From an uncultured Flavobacteriaceae bacterium (lineage in GTDB: Bacteria > Bacteroidota > Bacteroidia > Flavobacteriales > Flavobacteriaceae): a stretch of DNA of 46,549 nucleotides. The position numbers and the translations under genes were made by a program. Positions 17,800 to 27,948 of this stretch are shown in pieces. The notes under the pieces are model-generated. The model was not told the DNA's origin and did no database searches. It worked only from the letters and a program-made list of their open reading frames with translations. The stretch's first letter is position 1. Every line of letters starts with the position of its first letter. The stretch lies in the NCBI GenBank assembly GCA_913020685.1, contig CAJWAY010000001.1, forward strand, positions 1-46,549, read 5' to 3'.

Positions 17800-20700
17800 A
17801 TGAGCCTATTAAATTCTGTTTTAAAAGTTTTTGTTGGAGATAAAACCAAGAAAGATTTAGCAAAAATATTGCCCCTAGTTGAGCAAATCAATTCCCACTA
17901 TAAATCCTTTAAAGACCTCAGTAATGACGAATTGAGAAAAAAGACATTCTCCTTTAAAAACAAACTTCAGTCTGATTTGAAACTGGTAAATGATCAAATT
18001 CAACAGATCGAATCTAAAATAAAAAATATTGAAGACATTGATCAAAAAGAAAATCTATACCAACAGATTGATGATTTGAATACCGAAAGTGAAAAAATCA
18101 TTGCCCAAAGCCTTGAAGAACTTTTACCTGAGGCGTTTGCTGTGGTAAAAGAAACGGCGAGGAGGTTTGTTGAAAACACCAGTCTCAGTGTAATGGCAAA
18201 TGAGTTTGACCGTCAACTTTCACAAGACAAAAGTTACGTTAACTTAAAAGGTGATCATGCCATTTGGTCTAACGCATGGGATGCTGCGGGCAAACCCATT
18301 GTTTGGGACATGATCCATTACGATGTACAGTTGATAGGAGGGATAGTTTTGCACCAAGGCAAAATCGCAGAGATGCAGACCGGAGAAGGGAAAACGTTGG
18401 TAGCTACCCTACCACTCTATTTGAATGCCCTAACAGGAAAAGGAGTTCACTTAGTCACCGTCAATGATTACCTGGCCAAGCGAGATAGCGCTTGGATGGG
18501 CCCATTATTTGAGTTTCACGGCATGAATGTAGATTGTATCGATTATCATAAACCCAACAGCCCAGAAAGAAGAAAAGCTTATCTGGCAGACATTACATAT
18601 GGAACCAATAACGAATTCGGTTTTGACTACCTCAGAGATAATATGGCGCACTCCACCGCCGATTTGGTTCAACCCAAACATCACTATGCCATCGTCGATG
18701 AAGTTGATTCTGTTTTGATCGATGATGCCAGAACCCCATTGATCATTTCAGGGCCTATCCCCGAGGGAGATCGACACGAATTTGATTTACTCAAACCAAA
18801 GGTGTCTGCATTGGTGACCCAGCAAAGATCCCTACTTAACGGAGTCCTGGCGGAAGCCAAAAATAAAATCATTGAAGGTGATACCAAAGAAGGAGGTTTT
18901 CTTCTTCTAAGAGTTTTTAGAGGACTGCCCAAAAACAAAAGCCTGATTAAGTTTTTAAGTCAAGAGGGAGTAAAACAACTCCTGCAAAAAACAGAAAACT
19001 TCTATATGCAGGACAATAACAGAGAGATGCCTAAGGTTGACGCTGAATTGTATTTTACCATCGATGAGAAAACCAATCAAGTAGAACTTACCGACAAAGG
19101 TATTGAAACACTTTCAAAAGAAAATGAAGATAAAAATTTTTTTGTACTCCCTGACATCGGAAATGAAATTGCAAAAATCGAAAATCAAAAGCTCGAACCA
19201 AAAGAAGAGGCCGTACTAAAAGAAATACTCTTCCAAGACTTCAGCGTCAAAGGGGAGCGCATACATTCCATGAATCAACTTTTCAAAGCCTATACCCTTT
19301 TTGAAAAGGACGTTGAATATGTGGTCATGGACAACAAAGTCATGATCGTAGACGAACAAACGGGCCGGATCATGGATGGCAGAAGATATTCCGATGGGTT
19401 GCACCAAGCAATAGAGGCCAAAGAAAATGTAAAAATCGAGGCCGCTACCCAAACTTTTGCGACCATCACACTTCAGAACTATTTCAGGATGTATGAAAAG
19501 TTGTCAGGAATGACCGGAACCGCAATCACTGAAGCCGGAGAATTTTGGGAAATATACAAACTTGATGTCATTGAAATTCCTACCAACAGACCTATTGCTA
19601 GAAAAGATCGAGACGACCTAATCTATAAAACCAAACGAGAAAAATACAATGCGGTTATCGAGGAAGTAGCTGCCTTGTCAGAGGACGGCAGACCCGTGCT
19701 TATTGGTACCACCTCAGTAGAAATATCAGAGTTGTTGAGTAAAATGCTCAACATAAGAAAGGTACACCACAACGTATTGAATGCCAAATTGCACAAAAAA
19801 GAGGCTGATATTGTGGCAGAAGCAGGAAAACCGGGAATTGTGACCATCGCCACTAATATGGCGGGACGGGGAACAGATATCAAGCTTTCTGATACTGTTA
19901 AAGAATCCGGAGGATTAGCCATAATCGGAACAGAACGTCACGACTCAAGGCGAGTGGACCGTCAGCTCAGAGGCCGTTCTGGTAGACAGGGAGACCCTGG
20001 AAGCTCTCAATTTTACGTCTCTTTAGAGGACAACCTCATGCGGCTTTTCGGCTCTGATCGTGTGGCTAAAGTCATGGACAGAATGGGCCTTGAGGAAGGT
20101 GAAGTCATTCAGCATTCCATGATGACCAAATCCATCGAAAGGGCTCAAAAAAAAGTAGAAGAAAACAACTTTGGTATTCGAAAAAGACTGCTGGAATACG
20201 ATGATGTGATGAACGCTCAGCGAGAGGTCATCTACAAAAGAAGAAAACATGCCTTGAGTGGAGACAGAATCAAACTCGATATCGCCAATATTCTCTATGA
20301 TACCTGCGAGGAAATAACGCTTACCAACAAAGCCTCGAATGATTTCAAAAACTTTGAATTTGAGATCATTAAAAATTTTTCCGTTACCTCTCCCTTATCA
20401 GAGGAAACCTTTAATGAAACTGCCGAAAACGAGATCATCAACCAACTTTACGATCAACTTAGCGAACATTACAGCAACAAAATTACTGCCAATGCCGAAC
20501 TTGCATATCCTGTAATCAAAGAAGTTTACGAACGACCGGGTAATACATTCGAAAGAATCGTAGTCCCTTTTACAGATGGGATCAAGACATTAAAAGTAGT
20601 GACCAACCTTCAAAAAGCCTACGAAACTAAGGGTAAAGATTTGGTTCATGATTTTGAAAGGAACATCACCTTGGCATTGATCGACGAGGCTTGGAAAACC

Positions 20701-21165
20701 CATCTGCGTAAGATGGACGAGCTCAAACAATCTGTCCAGTTGGCTGTACACGAGCAAAAAGATCCGCTTTTAATCTACAAGTTCGAGGCCTTTGAACTCT
20801 TTAAATCCATGATCAATCATTTGAACAAAGAGGTGCTGTCTTTCCTTTTCAAAGGAGGACTCCCTCAACAAAGTGATGCTCAGATACAAGAGGCAATAAG
20901 AAGGCCCGCTGCACCCAAAGGTTACAGAACCTCTAAAGATGAGGTTCTCAACACAGATGAAATGGCACAGAGAAATCGCAATATAAGTGCAAGCGCAGGA
21001 GGTCAACAAAGAAATGTGGTTGAAACTATCGTTAGAGACCGACCCAAGATCGGAAGAAATGAAAAAGTCGTGATCAGAAACGTGAGCACCGGTGAAACCA
21101 AAACCTTAAAATTCAAACAAGCAGAGCCATTGATTAACAAAGGAGAATGGGTGATCAATAATTAA
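17800..21165 (+). CDS. secA: preprotein translocase ATPase SecA
   Basis: 1121 aa. Walker A MQTGEGKTL, DEVDSVLIDDARTPLIISG, TNMAGRGTDI and RQLRGRSGRQGDPG. Confidence 0.95.
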   Translation: MSLLNSVLKVFVGDKTKKDLAKILPLVEQINSHYKSFKDLSNDELRKKTFSFKNKLQSDLKLVNDQIQQIESKIKNIEDIDQKENLYQQIDDLNTESEKIIAQSLEELLPEAFAVVKETARRFVENTSLSVMANEFDRQLSQDKSYVNLKGDHAIWSNAWDAAGKPIVWDMIHYDVQLIGGIVLHQGKIAEMQTGEGKTLVATLPLYLNALTGKGVHLVTVNDYLAKRDSAWMGPLFEFHGMNVDCIDYHKPNSPERRKAYLADITYGTNNEFGFDYLRDNMAHSTADLVQPKHHYAIVDEVDSVLIDDARTPLIISGPIPEGDRHEFDLLKPKVSALVTQQRSLLNGVLAEAKNKIIEGDTKEGGFLLLRVFRGLPKNKSLIKFLSQEGVKQLLQKTENFYMQDNNREMPKVDAELYFTIDEKTNQVELTDKGIETLSKENEDKNFFVLPDIGNEIAKIENQKLEPKEEAVLKEILFQDFSVKGERIHSMNQLFKAYTLFEKDVEYVVMDNKVMIVDEQTGRIMDGRRYSDGLHQAIEAKENVKIEAATQTFATITLQNYFRMYEKLSGMTGTAITEAGEFWEIYKLDVIEIPTNRPIARKDRDDLIYKTKREKYNAVIEEVAALSEDGRPVLIGTTSVEISELLSKMLNIRKVHHNVLNAKLHKKEADIVAEAGKPGIVTIATNMAGRGTDIKLSDTVKESGGLAIIGTERHDSRRVDRQLRGRSGRQGDPGSSQFYVSLEDNLMRLFGSDRVAKVMDRMGLEEGEVIQHSMMTKSIERAQKKVEENNFGIRKRLLEYDDVMNAQREVIYKRRKHALSGDRIKLDIANILYDTCEEITLTNKASNDFKNFEFEIIKNFSVTSPLSEETFNETAENEIINQLYDQLSEHYSNKITANAELAYPVIKEVYERPGNTFERIVVPFTDGIKTLKVVTNLQKAYETKGKDLVHDFERNITLALIDEAWKTHLRKMDELKQSVQLAVHEQKDPLLIYKFEAFELFKSMINHLNKEVLSFLFKGGLPQQSDAQIQEAIRRPAAPKGYRTSKDEVLNTDEMAQRNRNISASAGGQQRNVVETIVRDRPKIGRNEKVVIRNVSTGETKTLKFKQAEPLINKGEWVINN

Positions 21166-21197
21166 TTTTATAAATTAGTAATCACAATTATTGGGTG

Positions 21198-22448
21198 ATG
21201 GAAGTTTATGCCAAGGTTCTTTTGTGGGTAGTTCCCTTATTTATCATTTTGATCATTATCGAAATTGCATACGGTCATTTTACCGGTAAGCAAACCCACA
21301 CATTTATGGATACCCTCTCCAGCTTGAGTTCTGGCATGACCAATATACTAAAAGATATTTTAGGCTTGGTAGTGGTCATCGTCTCCTACCCTTTTTTACT
21401 TGAAAAATTATCCATTATATCCCTCGAAAACAGTATATCATTGTACTTCATTGCGTTTATATGTATCGATTTTGCAAGTTACTGGAGTCATCGACTAAAT
21501 CATAAAATAAATTTCTTCTGGAACCAACATGTCATTCATCACAGCAGTGAAGAATTTAACTTGGCTTGTGCTCTAAGACAAAGCATTTCAAATGTATTGG
21601 GTTACTCCGCTCTATTTTTAATTCCTGCAGCGGTATTAGGTGTTCCCCATGAGGTTATCACCGTTTTGGCTCCCCTTCATTTATTTGGTCAATTTTGGTA
21701 TCATACCCAACACATTGGAAAACTAGGATTCCTAGAATATATTTTAGTTACCCCATCACAACACCGTGTACACCACGCCATCAACCCCATTTATATCGAT
21801 AAAAACTTGGCTGCGATTTTTTGTATTTGGGACCGCTGGTTTGGAACGTTTCAGGAAGAATTGGACGGGGAACCACCTGTTTACGGTATTCTAAAACCGG
21901 TCCATACTTGGAACCCTCTGATCATCAATTATCAACATATGTGGGGTATGATTCAGGATGCGTGGAACACTCATTCGTGGAAAGATAAATTCACGCTATG
22001 GTGGAGACCCACCGGTTATCGACCCGATGATGTAACTCTAAAATATCCAAGAACGAAAATAAGCACCAAATTCCCCTTCGAAAAATACAATCCTGAAATG
22101 AGCTTTTTCAAAAAAGCTTGGGCACTGTTTCAGTGGTTGTGTATCAACGTTATGCTATTTTTTTTGTTATCCAATTATGAATCATTTTCTTCCTCTCAAG
22201 CCCTCCTCATGGGGGGATTGATCATGATAAGTATTTTTGGCTTTACTTCACTGATGGATAGTTATGTATGGTCCTATAATTTTGAATTGGGAAGAAACTT
22301 CTTAGGATTATTTTTTTTTTGCCTACCTCATCAAAGTGAGTTTTATTTATCTCATATTCCCAGTTTGTTCTATTTTGGAATCATCTACTTTTCATTAAGC
22401 ATCATAGGACTACAAATACTGGGTCAAAAAAGAAGACCACCCCTTTGA
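21198..22448 (+). CDS. fatty acid hydroxylase / sterol desaturase superfamily membrane di-iron oxygenase
   Basis: His boxes HRLNH, HVIHH, YHTQH and HRVHH in a multi-TM protein. The first codon in the ORF track (21195) is GTG, so I used the adjacent ATG at 21198. Confidence 0.75.
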   Translation: MEVYAKVLLWVVPLFIILIIIEIAYGHFTGKQTHTFMDTLSSLSSGMTNILKDILGLVVVIVSYPFLLEKLSIISLENSISLYFIAFICIDFASYWSHRLNHKINFFWNQHVIHHSSEEFNLACALRQSISNVLGYSALFLIPAAVLGVPHEVITVLAPLHLFGQFWYHTQHIGKLGFLEYILVTPSQHRVHHAINPIYIDKNLAAIFCIWDRWFGTFQEELDGEPPVYGILKPVHTWNPLIINYQHMWGMIQDAWNTHSWKDKFTLWWRPTGYRPDDVTLKYPRTKISTKFPFEKYNPEMSFFKKAWALFQWLCINVMLFFLLSNYESFSSSQALLMGGLIMISIFGFTSLMDSYVWSYNFELGRNFLGLFFFCLPHQSEFYLSHIPSLFYFGIIYFSLSIIGLQILGQKRRPPL

Positions 22449-23585
22449 ATGAAGGATAAAAAAAAAGTATTATTGTTGGGGCCTGCCCACCCTTTCCGTG
22501 GTGGTATTGCCGATACCCAAAATTATCTTGCGCAAAATCTAAATACATTTGGGCATGAAACTCATGTTTACACCTTCACAACCCAATACCCCAAACTCCT
22601 TTTTCCAGGCAAAACACAATTCAGTAACGAGAATGCACCGGATAATCTTAATATTAAAAGAAAAATTCATAGTTTCAACCCCTTCAACTGGATTGAGGTC
22701 GCTCGATCCATCAACCGACTTAAACCCGATTACGTAATTTTCAGATATTGGACCCCTTTCCTTGCACTTTGTTGGTGTGGCATCGCCCGAAGAATCAACA
22801 AAAACATTAAAAAAATTGGTCTTGTTGACAATTGGATCCCGCACGAGATTAAGTTCTGGGACAAAACCCTAACAAGACTTTTTTCAAAACGTATGGATGG
22901 TTTTGCCTCCCTATCAAAAGCTGTTGGAGACCAAATTTCATCGGACAACCCTCAACTACCATTATGGAAAGGTTTCCATCCCATAGCAGACAAATTACCA
23001 CAGGCCATTTCGAAAGAAAAAGCACGTATGGTATTGGGCTGGCCTAAAGACAAAAAAATTGTTCTATTTTTTGGTTTGATCAGAAAATATAAAGGGCTGG
23101 ACTTGCTAATAGAGGCATTTTCCCAGGTACCGCTAAATCATTCGGATGTAATACTGGCTATAGTGGGCGAGGCATACGAACCCTCTGAAAAATATACCCG
23201 GCTCATCCGAAAATACAAGCTTGGCGAGCGAGTAATTTGTGATTTTAACTATGCCAACACCCAAAAATCTACATTTGTTTTTTGCGCTGCGGATGTCGTT
23301 GCTCAAACTTATATTAGTGCTACTCAAAGTGGGGTAACCCCCTTAGCTTACTATTACAAAACTCCTCTTTTGGTATCCGACCTTCCTGGCCTTAAAACCC
23401 CTATATTGGAAGATCATACCGGAATGGTTACTAAAATCGACCCTAAAAAAATAGCGGAGAGTATCCAAAAAATACTTCGTGATGAGACGCGATTGAACTT
23501 TCAGGACTCTTTTCAAAAAGTAGAAAAAAAATACAGTTGGAAATCTTTTGGGCAATCCTTAATGGACTTTATGGCTAAGCTATAA
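22449..23585 (+). CDS. glycosyltransferase, GT4-like (GT-B fold)
   Basis: 378 aa. The N-terminus LLLGPAHPFRGGIA and a C-terminal GT1/GT4-type region (FGLIRKYKGLD...VGE...) support the call. The ATG directly abuts the upstream TGA. Confidence 0.7.
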   Translation: MKDKKKVLLLGPAHPFRGGIADTQNYLAQNLNTFGHETHVYTFTTQYPKLLFPGKTQFSNENAPDNLNIKRKIHSFNPFNWIEVARSINRLKPDYVIFRYWTPFLALCWCGIARRINKNIKKIGLVDNWIPHEIKFWDKTLTRLFSKRMDGFASLSKAVGDQISSDNPQLPLWKGFHPIADKLPQAISKEKARMVLGWPKDKKIVLFFGLIRKYKGLDLLIEAFSQVPLNHSDVILAIVGEAYEPSEKYTRLIRKYKLGERVICDFNYANTQKSTFVFCAADVVAQTYISATQSGVTPLAYYYKTPLLVSDLPGLKTPILEDHTGMVTKIDPKKIAESIQKILRDETRLNFQDSFQKVEKKYSWKSFGQSLMDFMAKL

Positions 23586-23629
23586 TAAGTATAGAGCAGT
23601 AAAATTTGTATTTTTAAAAAAACAAACTC

Positions 23630-25081
23630 ATGAGAATCCTATCCATTCTAATTTCTCTTTTGGTCTTAAGTTCTTGCAATACCAAAGTAGAATCCAAAAC
23701 TAGTAATCCGCCCAATGTAGTTATTGTATTTACGGACGATCAAGGCTATCAAGATTTGGGTAGCTTTGGATCACCCAATATCAGTACTCCACATTTGGAT
23801 CAAATGGCCAAAGAAGGACTTAAACTCACTAGTTTTTATGCCGCACAAGCGGTATGTTCAGCATCGAGAGCAGCCCTGCTTACTGGTTGTTACCCCAATA
23901 GAATTGGCATTTCCGGTGCGTTATTTCCACAACAGAAAATAGGAATAAATTCACAGGAAACAACATTGGCAGAAATGTTAAAAGCGCAAGGTTATAAAAC
24001 CGCAATCTTTGGAAAATGGCATCTGGGACACCACCCGGAATTTCTACCTATGAATCACGGTTTTGACGAATTCATTGGGATACCTTATTCCAATGATATG
24101 TGGCCCGTTGATTATGACGGAAACCAAGTGCCTCCGGATCATCCTTTTGCAAAAAAATATCCACAACTGCCATTTTTTAAAAACTTTGAAGTGGTCAAAG
24201 AAATCAGAACACTGGAAGACCAAGGTCAGTTAACTACTAAACTGACCGATGCTGCCTTGGATTTTATCGAGCGAAACAAAGAAAATCCATTCTTTCTATA
24301 CGTTCCACATCCCATGCCTCATACCCCTATTGCGGTCTCTGAGAAATTTAAGGGAAAAAGTGAGCAGGGGCTATACGGGGATGTCATTATGGAAATTGAT
24401 TGGTCCGTAGGACAGATCATGAATAAACTGAAAGAACATCAACTCCATGAAAACACCTTGTTCATTTTTACCAGCGATAATGGACCGTGGTTAAGTTTTG
24501 GGAATCATGCGGGCAGTGCATTGCCCTTGAGGGAGGGAAAAGGTACCGCATGGGAAGGTGGACAGAGAGAGCCCTGTGTGGTCTATTACCCAAAAAAAAT
24601 CAAAGGTGGAAGAACAATTGATACCCCTATGATGGCTATCGATATATTACCCACCATTGCAGAGATAACTGGAACAGATCTACCCGAAAATAAAATTGAC
24701 GGTAAAAGTGTGTGGGACATCTGGACAGGTAAAACGGACCAAAGTCAACACCAAGCACTATTCTTCTATTACAATATGAATGAGTTACATGGAGTACGAT
24801 ACAAGGATTGGAAACTCTATTTTCCCCATACCTATCGGTCACTCAATGGAAAACAGGGAGGTCAAGATGGTTACCAAACCAAATATGAAATGAATCAGAT
24901 TGAAAAAATTGAACTTTATAATCTAAAAATGGACATCAGCGAATCCAATGATGTGGCTGAACACTATCCTGAGGTAGTCGAAAAAATAAAAACCCTTGCA
25001 GACGAAATGCGGACTAAACTCGGCGATAAACTTTATAATATTGAAGGAACTGAAAATAGGGTTGTAGGACGAATTAATTAA
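23630..25081 (+). CDS. secreted arylsulfatase (formylglycine-dependent sulfatase family)
   Basis: Signal/lipobox MRILSILISLLVLSSC, metal site VVIVFTDDQG, and the CxAxR FGly motif as CSASRAALLTG. Confidence 0.85.
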   Translation: MRILSILISLLVLSSCNTKVESKTSNPPNVVIVFTDDQGYQDLGSFGSPNISTPHLDQMAKEGLKLTSFYAAQAVCSASRAALLTGCYPNRIGISGALFPQQKIGINSQETTLAEMLKAQGYKTAIFGKWHLGHHPEFLPMNHGFDEFIGIPYSNDMWPVDYDGNQVPPDHPFAKKYPQLPFFKNFEVVKEIRTLEDQGQLTTKLTDAALDFIERNKENPFFLYVPHPMPHTPIAVSEKFKGKSEQGLYGDVIMEIDWSVGQIMNKLKEHQLHENTLFIFTSDNGPWLSFGNHAGSALPLREGKGTAWEGGQREPCVVYYPKKIKGGRTIDTPMMAIDILPTIAEITGTDLPENKIDGKSVWDIWTGKTDQSQHQALFFYYNMNELHGVRYKDWKLYFPHTYRSLNGKQGGQDGYQTKYEMNQIEKIELYNLKMDISESNDVAEHYPEVVEKIKTLADEMRTKLGDKLYNIEGTENRVVGRIN

Positions 25082-25090
25082 CCAAAAAAA

Positions 25091-25747
25091 ATGAAAGCAA
25101 CGTATTTTCTGATAAGTTTGATGCTAACGAACACTTGCCAAATAGTGGCTCCTCAACCAAATAATCGTTCTACAGCGGTTTGGAGCCCCGAAGAAAATTT
25201 TCAAACAAAAGCCAAAGCATACTTTGCTTCCGGTTGCTTCTGGTGTGTAGAATCCGTTTACGAAAGCCTAAAGGGGGTAGAGGAGGCCTATTCCGGCTAT
25301 GCCGGAGGAAAAACTAAAAACCCCACCTACTACCAAGTTATCTCGGGCATAACAGATCATGCTGAGACGGTAGAAGTGATCTATGACCCTAATGTAATCG
25401 ATTTTGCGACCCTTGTAGAAGTTTTTTTTGATTCCCACGACCCTACCCTTCTCAACCAACAGGGACCCGACCGAGGAACGCATTACCGATCCATAGCCTT
25501 TTATCAAAACCAAGCTGAGAAGAAAATCATTGAAGACCATATTTCTAATCTAACAGAAGCAAAAGTCTTCCAGCAAAAAATAGTAACAGAGGTCAAACCG
25601 CTATCGAAGTTTTACTATGCGGAGAACTACCATCAAGACTATGAAAAGAACAACCCCAATGATCTGTATATATTGAATGTTTCCAAGCCGCGACTGAATA
25701 AATTCAAAGCCAAATCACCTGAATTGTTAAAAAAAGAAGAGCATTAA
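25091..25747 (+). CDS. msrA: peptide-methionine (S)-S-oxide reductase MsrA with N-terminal export signal
   Basis: Active site GCFWC, then Y.GG....PTY..V..G.T.HAE.V.V.YDP. An N-terminal hydrophobic segment (MKATYFLISLMLTNTC) precedes the domain. Confidence 0.85.
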   Translation: MKATYFLISLMLTNTCQIVAPQPNNRSTAVWSPEENFQTKAKAYFASGCFWCVESVYESLKGVEEAYSGYAGGKTKNPTYYQVISGITDHAETVEVIYDPNVIDFATLVEVFFDSHDPTLLNQQGPDRGTHYRSIAFYQNQAEKKIIEDHISNLTEAKVFQQKIVTEVKPLSKFYYAENYHQDYEKNNPNDLYILNVSKPRLNKFKAKSPELLKKEEH

Positions 25748-25749
25748 TT

Positions 25750-26316
25750 TTAAACTAGAGACTTACCATTGAACCTTCTCCAGATAAAGTAAAATACCAA
25801 TCCAACCAAGGAACCGAAGGCCATTCCCGAGACCACATCCAAAGGATAATGTACTCCAATATAGATCCTGCTGTAGGCCACCAAAAAAGCAATTGACAAC
25901 AATAAATAGGGAAGTCTGATGTATTTAACTCCAAAAATAAATGAGAAGAAAACCGCTAAAGAGAAAGAATTAGAAGCGTGACCTGAAAAGTATCCATATA
26001 ATCCTCCACAAGAGGGTTTAACCAGCCTTACCATTTCTTTTAGGGCCGGCTCGTGACAGGGTCGCAAACGCTCAAAACCATCTTTAAAAAGATTAGTTCC
26101 CTGATCTGTTACCAAAATTAGAAAAGCAACAAAAAGTAGTAGCATCAAAAAGGATTTTTGACTCGTGTGATTTAGGTATAAGAGAGCCAAAAATAAATAA
26201 AGGAATATATTTGTTCCCTTATGGGTCATGAGCATCCAGAAACCATCAAAAGTTTTGGATCCCATTTGATTGAGAAAAAGAAATAATTGCTGATCTAGAG
26301 TAATGAGTTCATCCAC
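25750..26316 (-). CDS. PAP2-family phosphatase (undecaprenyl-diphosphatase-like)
   Basis: Motifs KDGFERLRP, SGHAS and SRIYIGVHYPLD in a multi-TM protein. The start codon is GTG (26314-26316), 3 nt after the upstream stop. Confidence 0.8.
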   Translation of the reverse strand: MDELITLDQQLFLFLNQMGSKTFDGFWMLMTHKGTNIFLYLFLALLYLNHTSQKSFLMLLLFVAFLILVTDQGTNLFKDGFERLRPCHEPALKEMVRLVKPSCGGLYGYFSGHASNSFSLAVFFSFIFGVKYIRLPYLLLSIAFLVAYSRIYIGVHYPLDVVSGMAFGSLVGLVFYFIWRRFNGKSLV

Positions 26317-26319
26317 GGC

Positions 26320-26544
26320 TTAATCCAAACTTTCCACTTCTTTATCATAAAAGTCTAATGCCTGTTCTACAAGTTGAGCAGTCTGAGATTCCAATTCCTC
26401 TCTATCTTCTTTTTGAAACTCCTCCATCCAGTGAATCTCATCTGTTGCAACATTAAGAAAAAAACGCGGATACTCTGTATGAACTATAAAAATTAAATCT
26501 TCAAGCGCTGAGCTGTCGGCAATTAAAAACTTTGGTAAATCCAT
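26320..26544 (-). CDS. small acidic hypothetical protein
   Basis: The first codon in the ORF track (26550) is TTG. The ATG at 26544 gives MDLPKFLIADSS... (74 aa). No recognisable motif. It is packed tightly between the MATE and PAP2 genes. Confidence 0.45.
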   Translation of the reverse strand: MDLPKFLIADSSALEDLIFIVHTEYPRFFLNVATDEIHWMEEFQKEDREELESQTAQLVEQALDFYDKEVESLD

Positions 26545-26557
26545 CTTCAAAGTCAGT

Positions 26558-27925
26558 TTAGGAATCTAATTTTTGGGAAAGATACTGAAATCTGAGAAGC
26601 AACAATAGTGCAGAAAGTGTTAATCCTGTCAAAAGACCTAACCAAATTCCAGAGGTAGACCAATCAGTTTTTAACCCGAAATAGTAGGAAATTGGAAAAC
26701 CAATAGCTCCATAAGATAAAAAGATAAGAATAGCTGGAGTAATTACATCTTGAATTCCCCTTAAAGCCCCTAAAACTACGGCCTGAAGTCCATCGGCTAT
26801 TTGAAAAAAAGCAGCAATTAGAATCAAATCCGAAGCAATTTTAACCACCGTAATTACATCTGAGGATATTGCGGAGGAATTGCCATCAAGATACAACCAA
26901 GGGAGCAAATCATGGGAAAAAATAAAAAACAAACAAAAAAGTGAACTAATAAAAAAAACAAGTAAAAAATTAGAAATAGCAACCCTTTTCAGGGTAACTA
27001 AATCTTTACGGCCTTTTTCATTTCCTACACGTATCATAGCAGTTACACCCAAACCAAGTGCAACCATATAAGTCATCGAAGTTAAATTAAGAGCTATCTG
27101 ATTGGCTGCCTGAGGATTTTTCCCCAATAAACCAGAGATCCAAATCGCAGAGGTAAAAAAAGTGATCTCAAAAAACATTTGGAGTGCCGAGGGAAGTCCC
27201 AATAAAATAATCCTTTTAAAAATTGATTTCCTGAGTTTTACCCTAAAAAGTTTACGGTTGAACCTTTTAAATCCCTTTTGATTCTTGACATTGATTGCCA
27301 TAAACAGAACCATAGCCCAGCGTGAAAACAAAGTTCCAAGCGCTGCACCCTCGACCCCCAACTCAGGAAAACCGTGAACTCCAAAAATTAAAAGGTAATT
27401 TAGCAATACATTGATTACATTACCCATTAACGTTGCATACATGGCCAAACGGGTCTGAAACAAACCCTCCGCAAACTGCCTTAACCCCTGAAAACCAACG
27501 AGAGGGACCAAAGAAATAGCCACCCAAAAAAGGTAAGGTTTAGCCAAAAAAACAACTTCATGGGGTTGACCCATTTGAGATAATAGAGGTTGAGCCCATA
27601 ACACCAATATGGCCAAAATAAGTCCCAATCCAAAACAAAGGATCAAACCATGAACAAAAACATACCTGACATTATTATAATTTTTTGCTCCGAAAGACTC
27701 AGCAATCATTGGAGTAATTGCAGTAGAGAACCCTATTCCTATAGACATGGCCACAAAAACAAAACTATTACCAAGTGAAACAGCAGCTAATTCAGCAGTG
27801 CCCAATTGACCTACCATTATATTGTCGATCAACTGAACTACAGTGTGCCCTAGCATACCAACTATAACTGGAAAGGCTAATTTAAGATTAGTTCCAAATT
27901 CTTGGGTATATGTACTTAAACTCAT
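26558..27925 (-). CDS. MATE family efflux transporter
   Basis: 455 aa with 12 predicted TM helices and a NorM/DinF-like N-terminus (LAFPVIVGMLGHTVVQLIDNIMVGQLG). Confidence 0.85.
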   Translation of the reverse strand: MSLSTYTQEFGTNLKLAFPVIVGMLGHTVVQLIDNIMVGQLGTAELAAVSLGNSFVFVAMSIGIGFSTAITPMIAESFGAKNYNNVRYVFVHGLILCFGLGLILAILVLWAQPLLSQMGQPHEVVFLAKPYLFWVAISLVPLVGFQGLRQFAEGLFQTRLAMYATLMGNVINVLLNYLLIFGVHGFPELGVEGAALGTLFSRWAMVLFMAINVKNQKGFKRFNRKLFRVKLRKSIFKRIILLGLPSALQMFFEITFFTSAIWISGLLGKNPQAANQIALNLTSMTYMVALGLGVTAMIRVGNEKGRKDLVTLKRVAISNFLLVFFISSLFCLFFIFSHDLLPWLYLDGNSSAISSDVITVVKIASDLILIAAFFQIADGLQAVVLGALRGIQDVITPAILIFLSYGAIGFPISYYFGLKTDWSTSGIWLGLLTGLTLSALLLLLRFQYLSQKLDS

Positions 27926-27948
27926 TGAAAATAAACAGAAAAATATTC

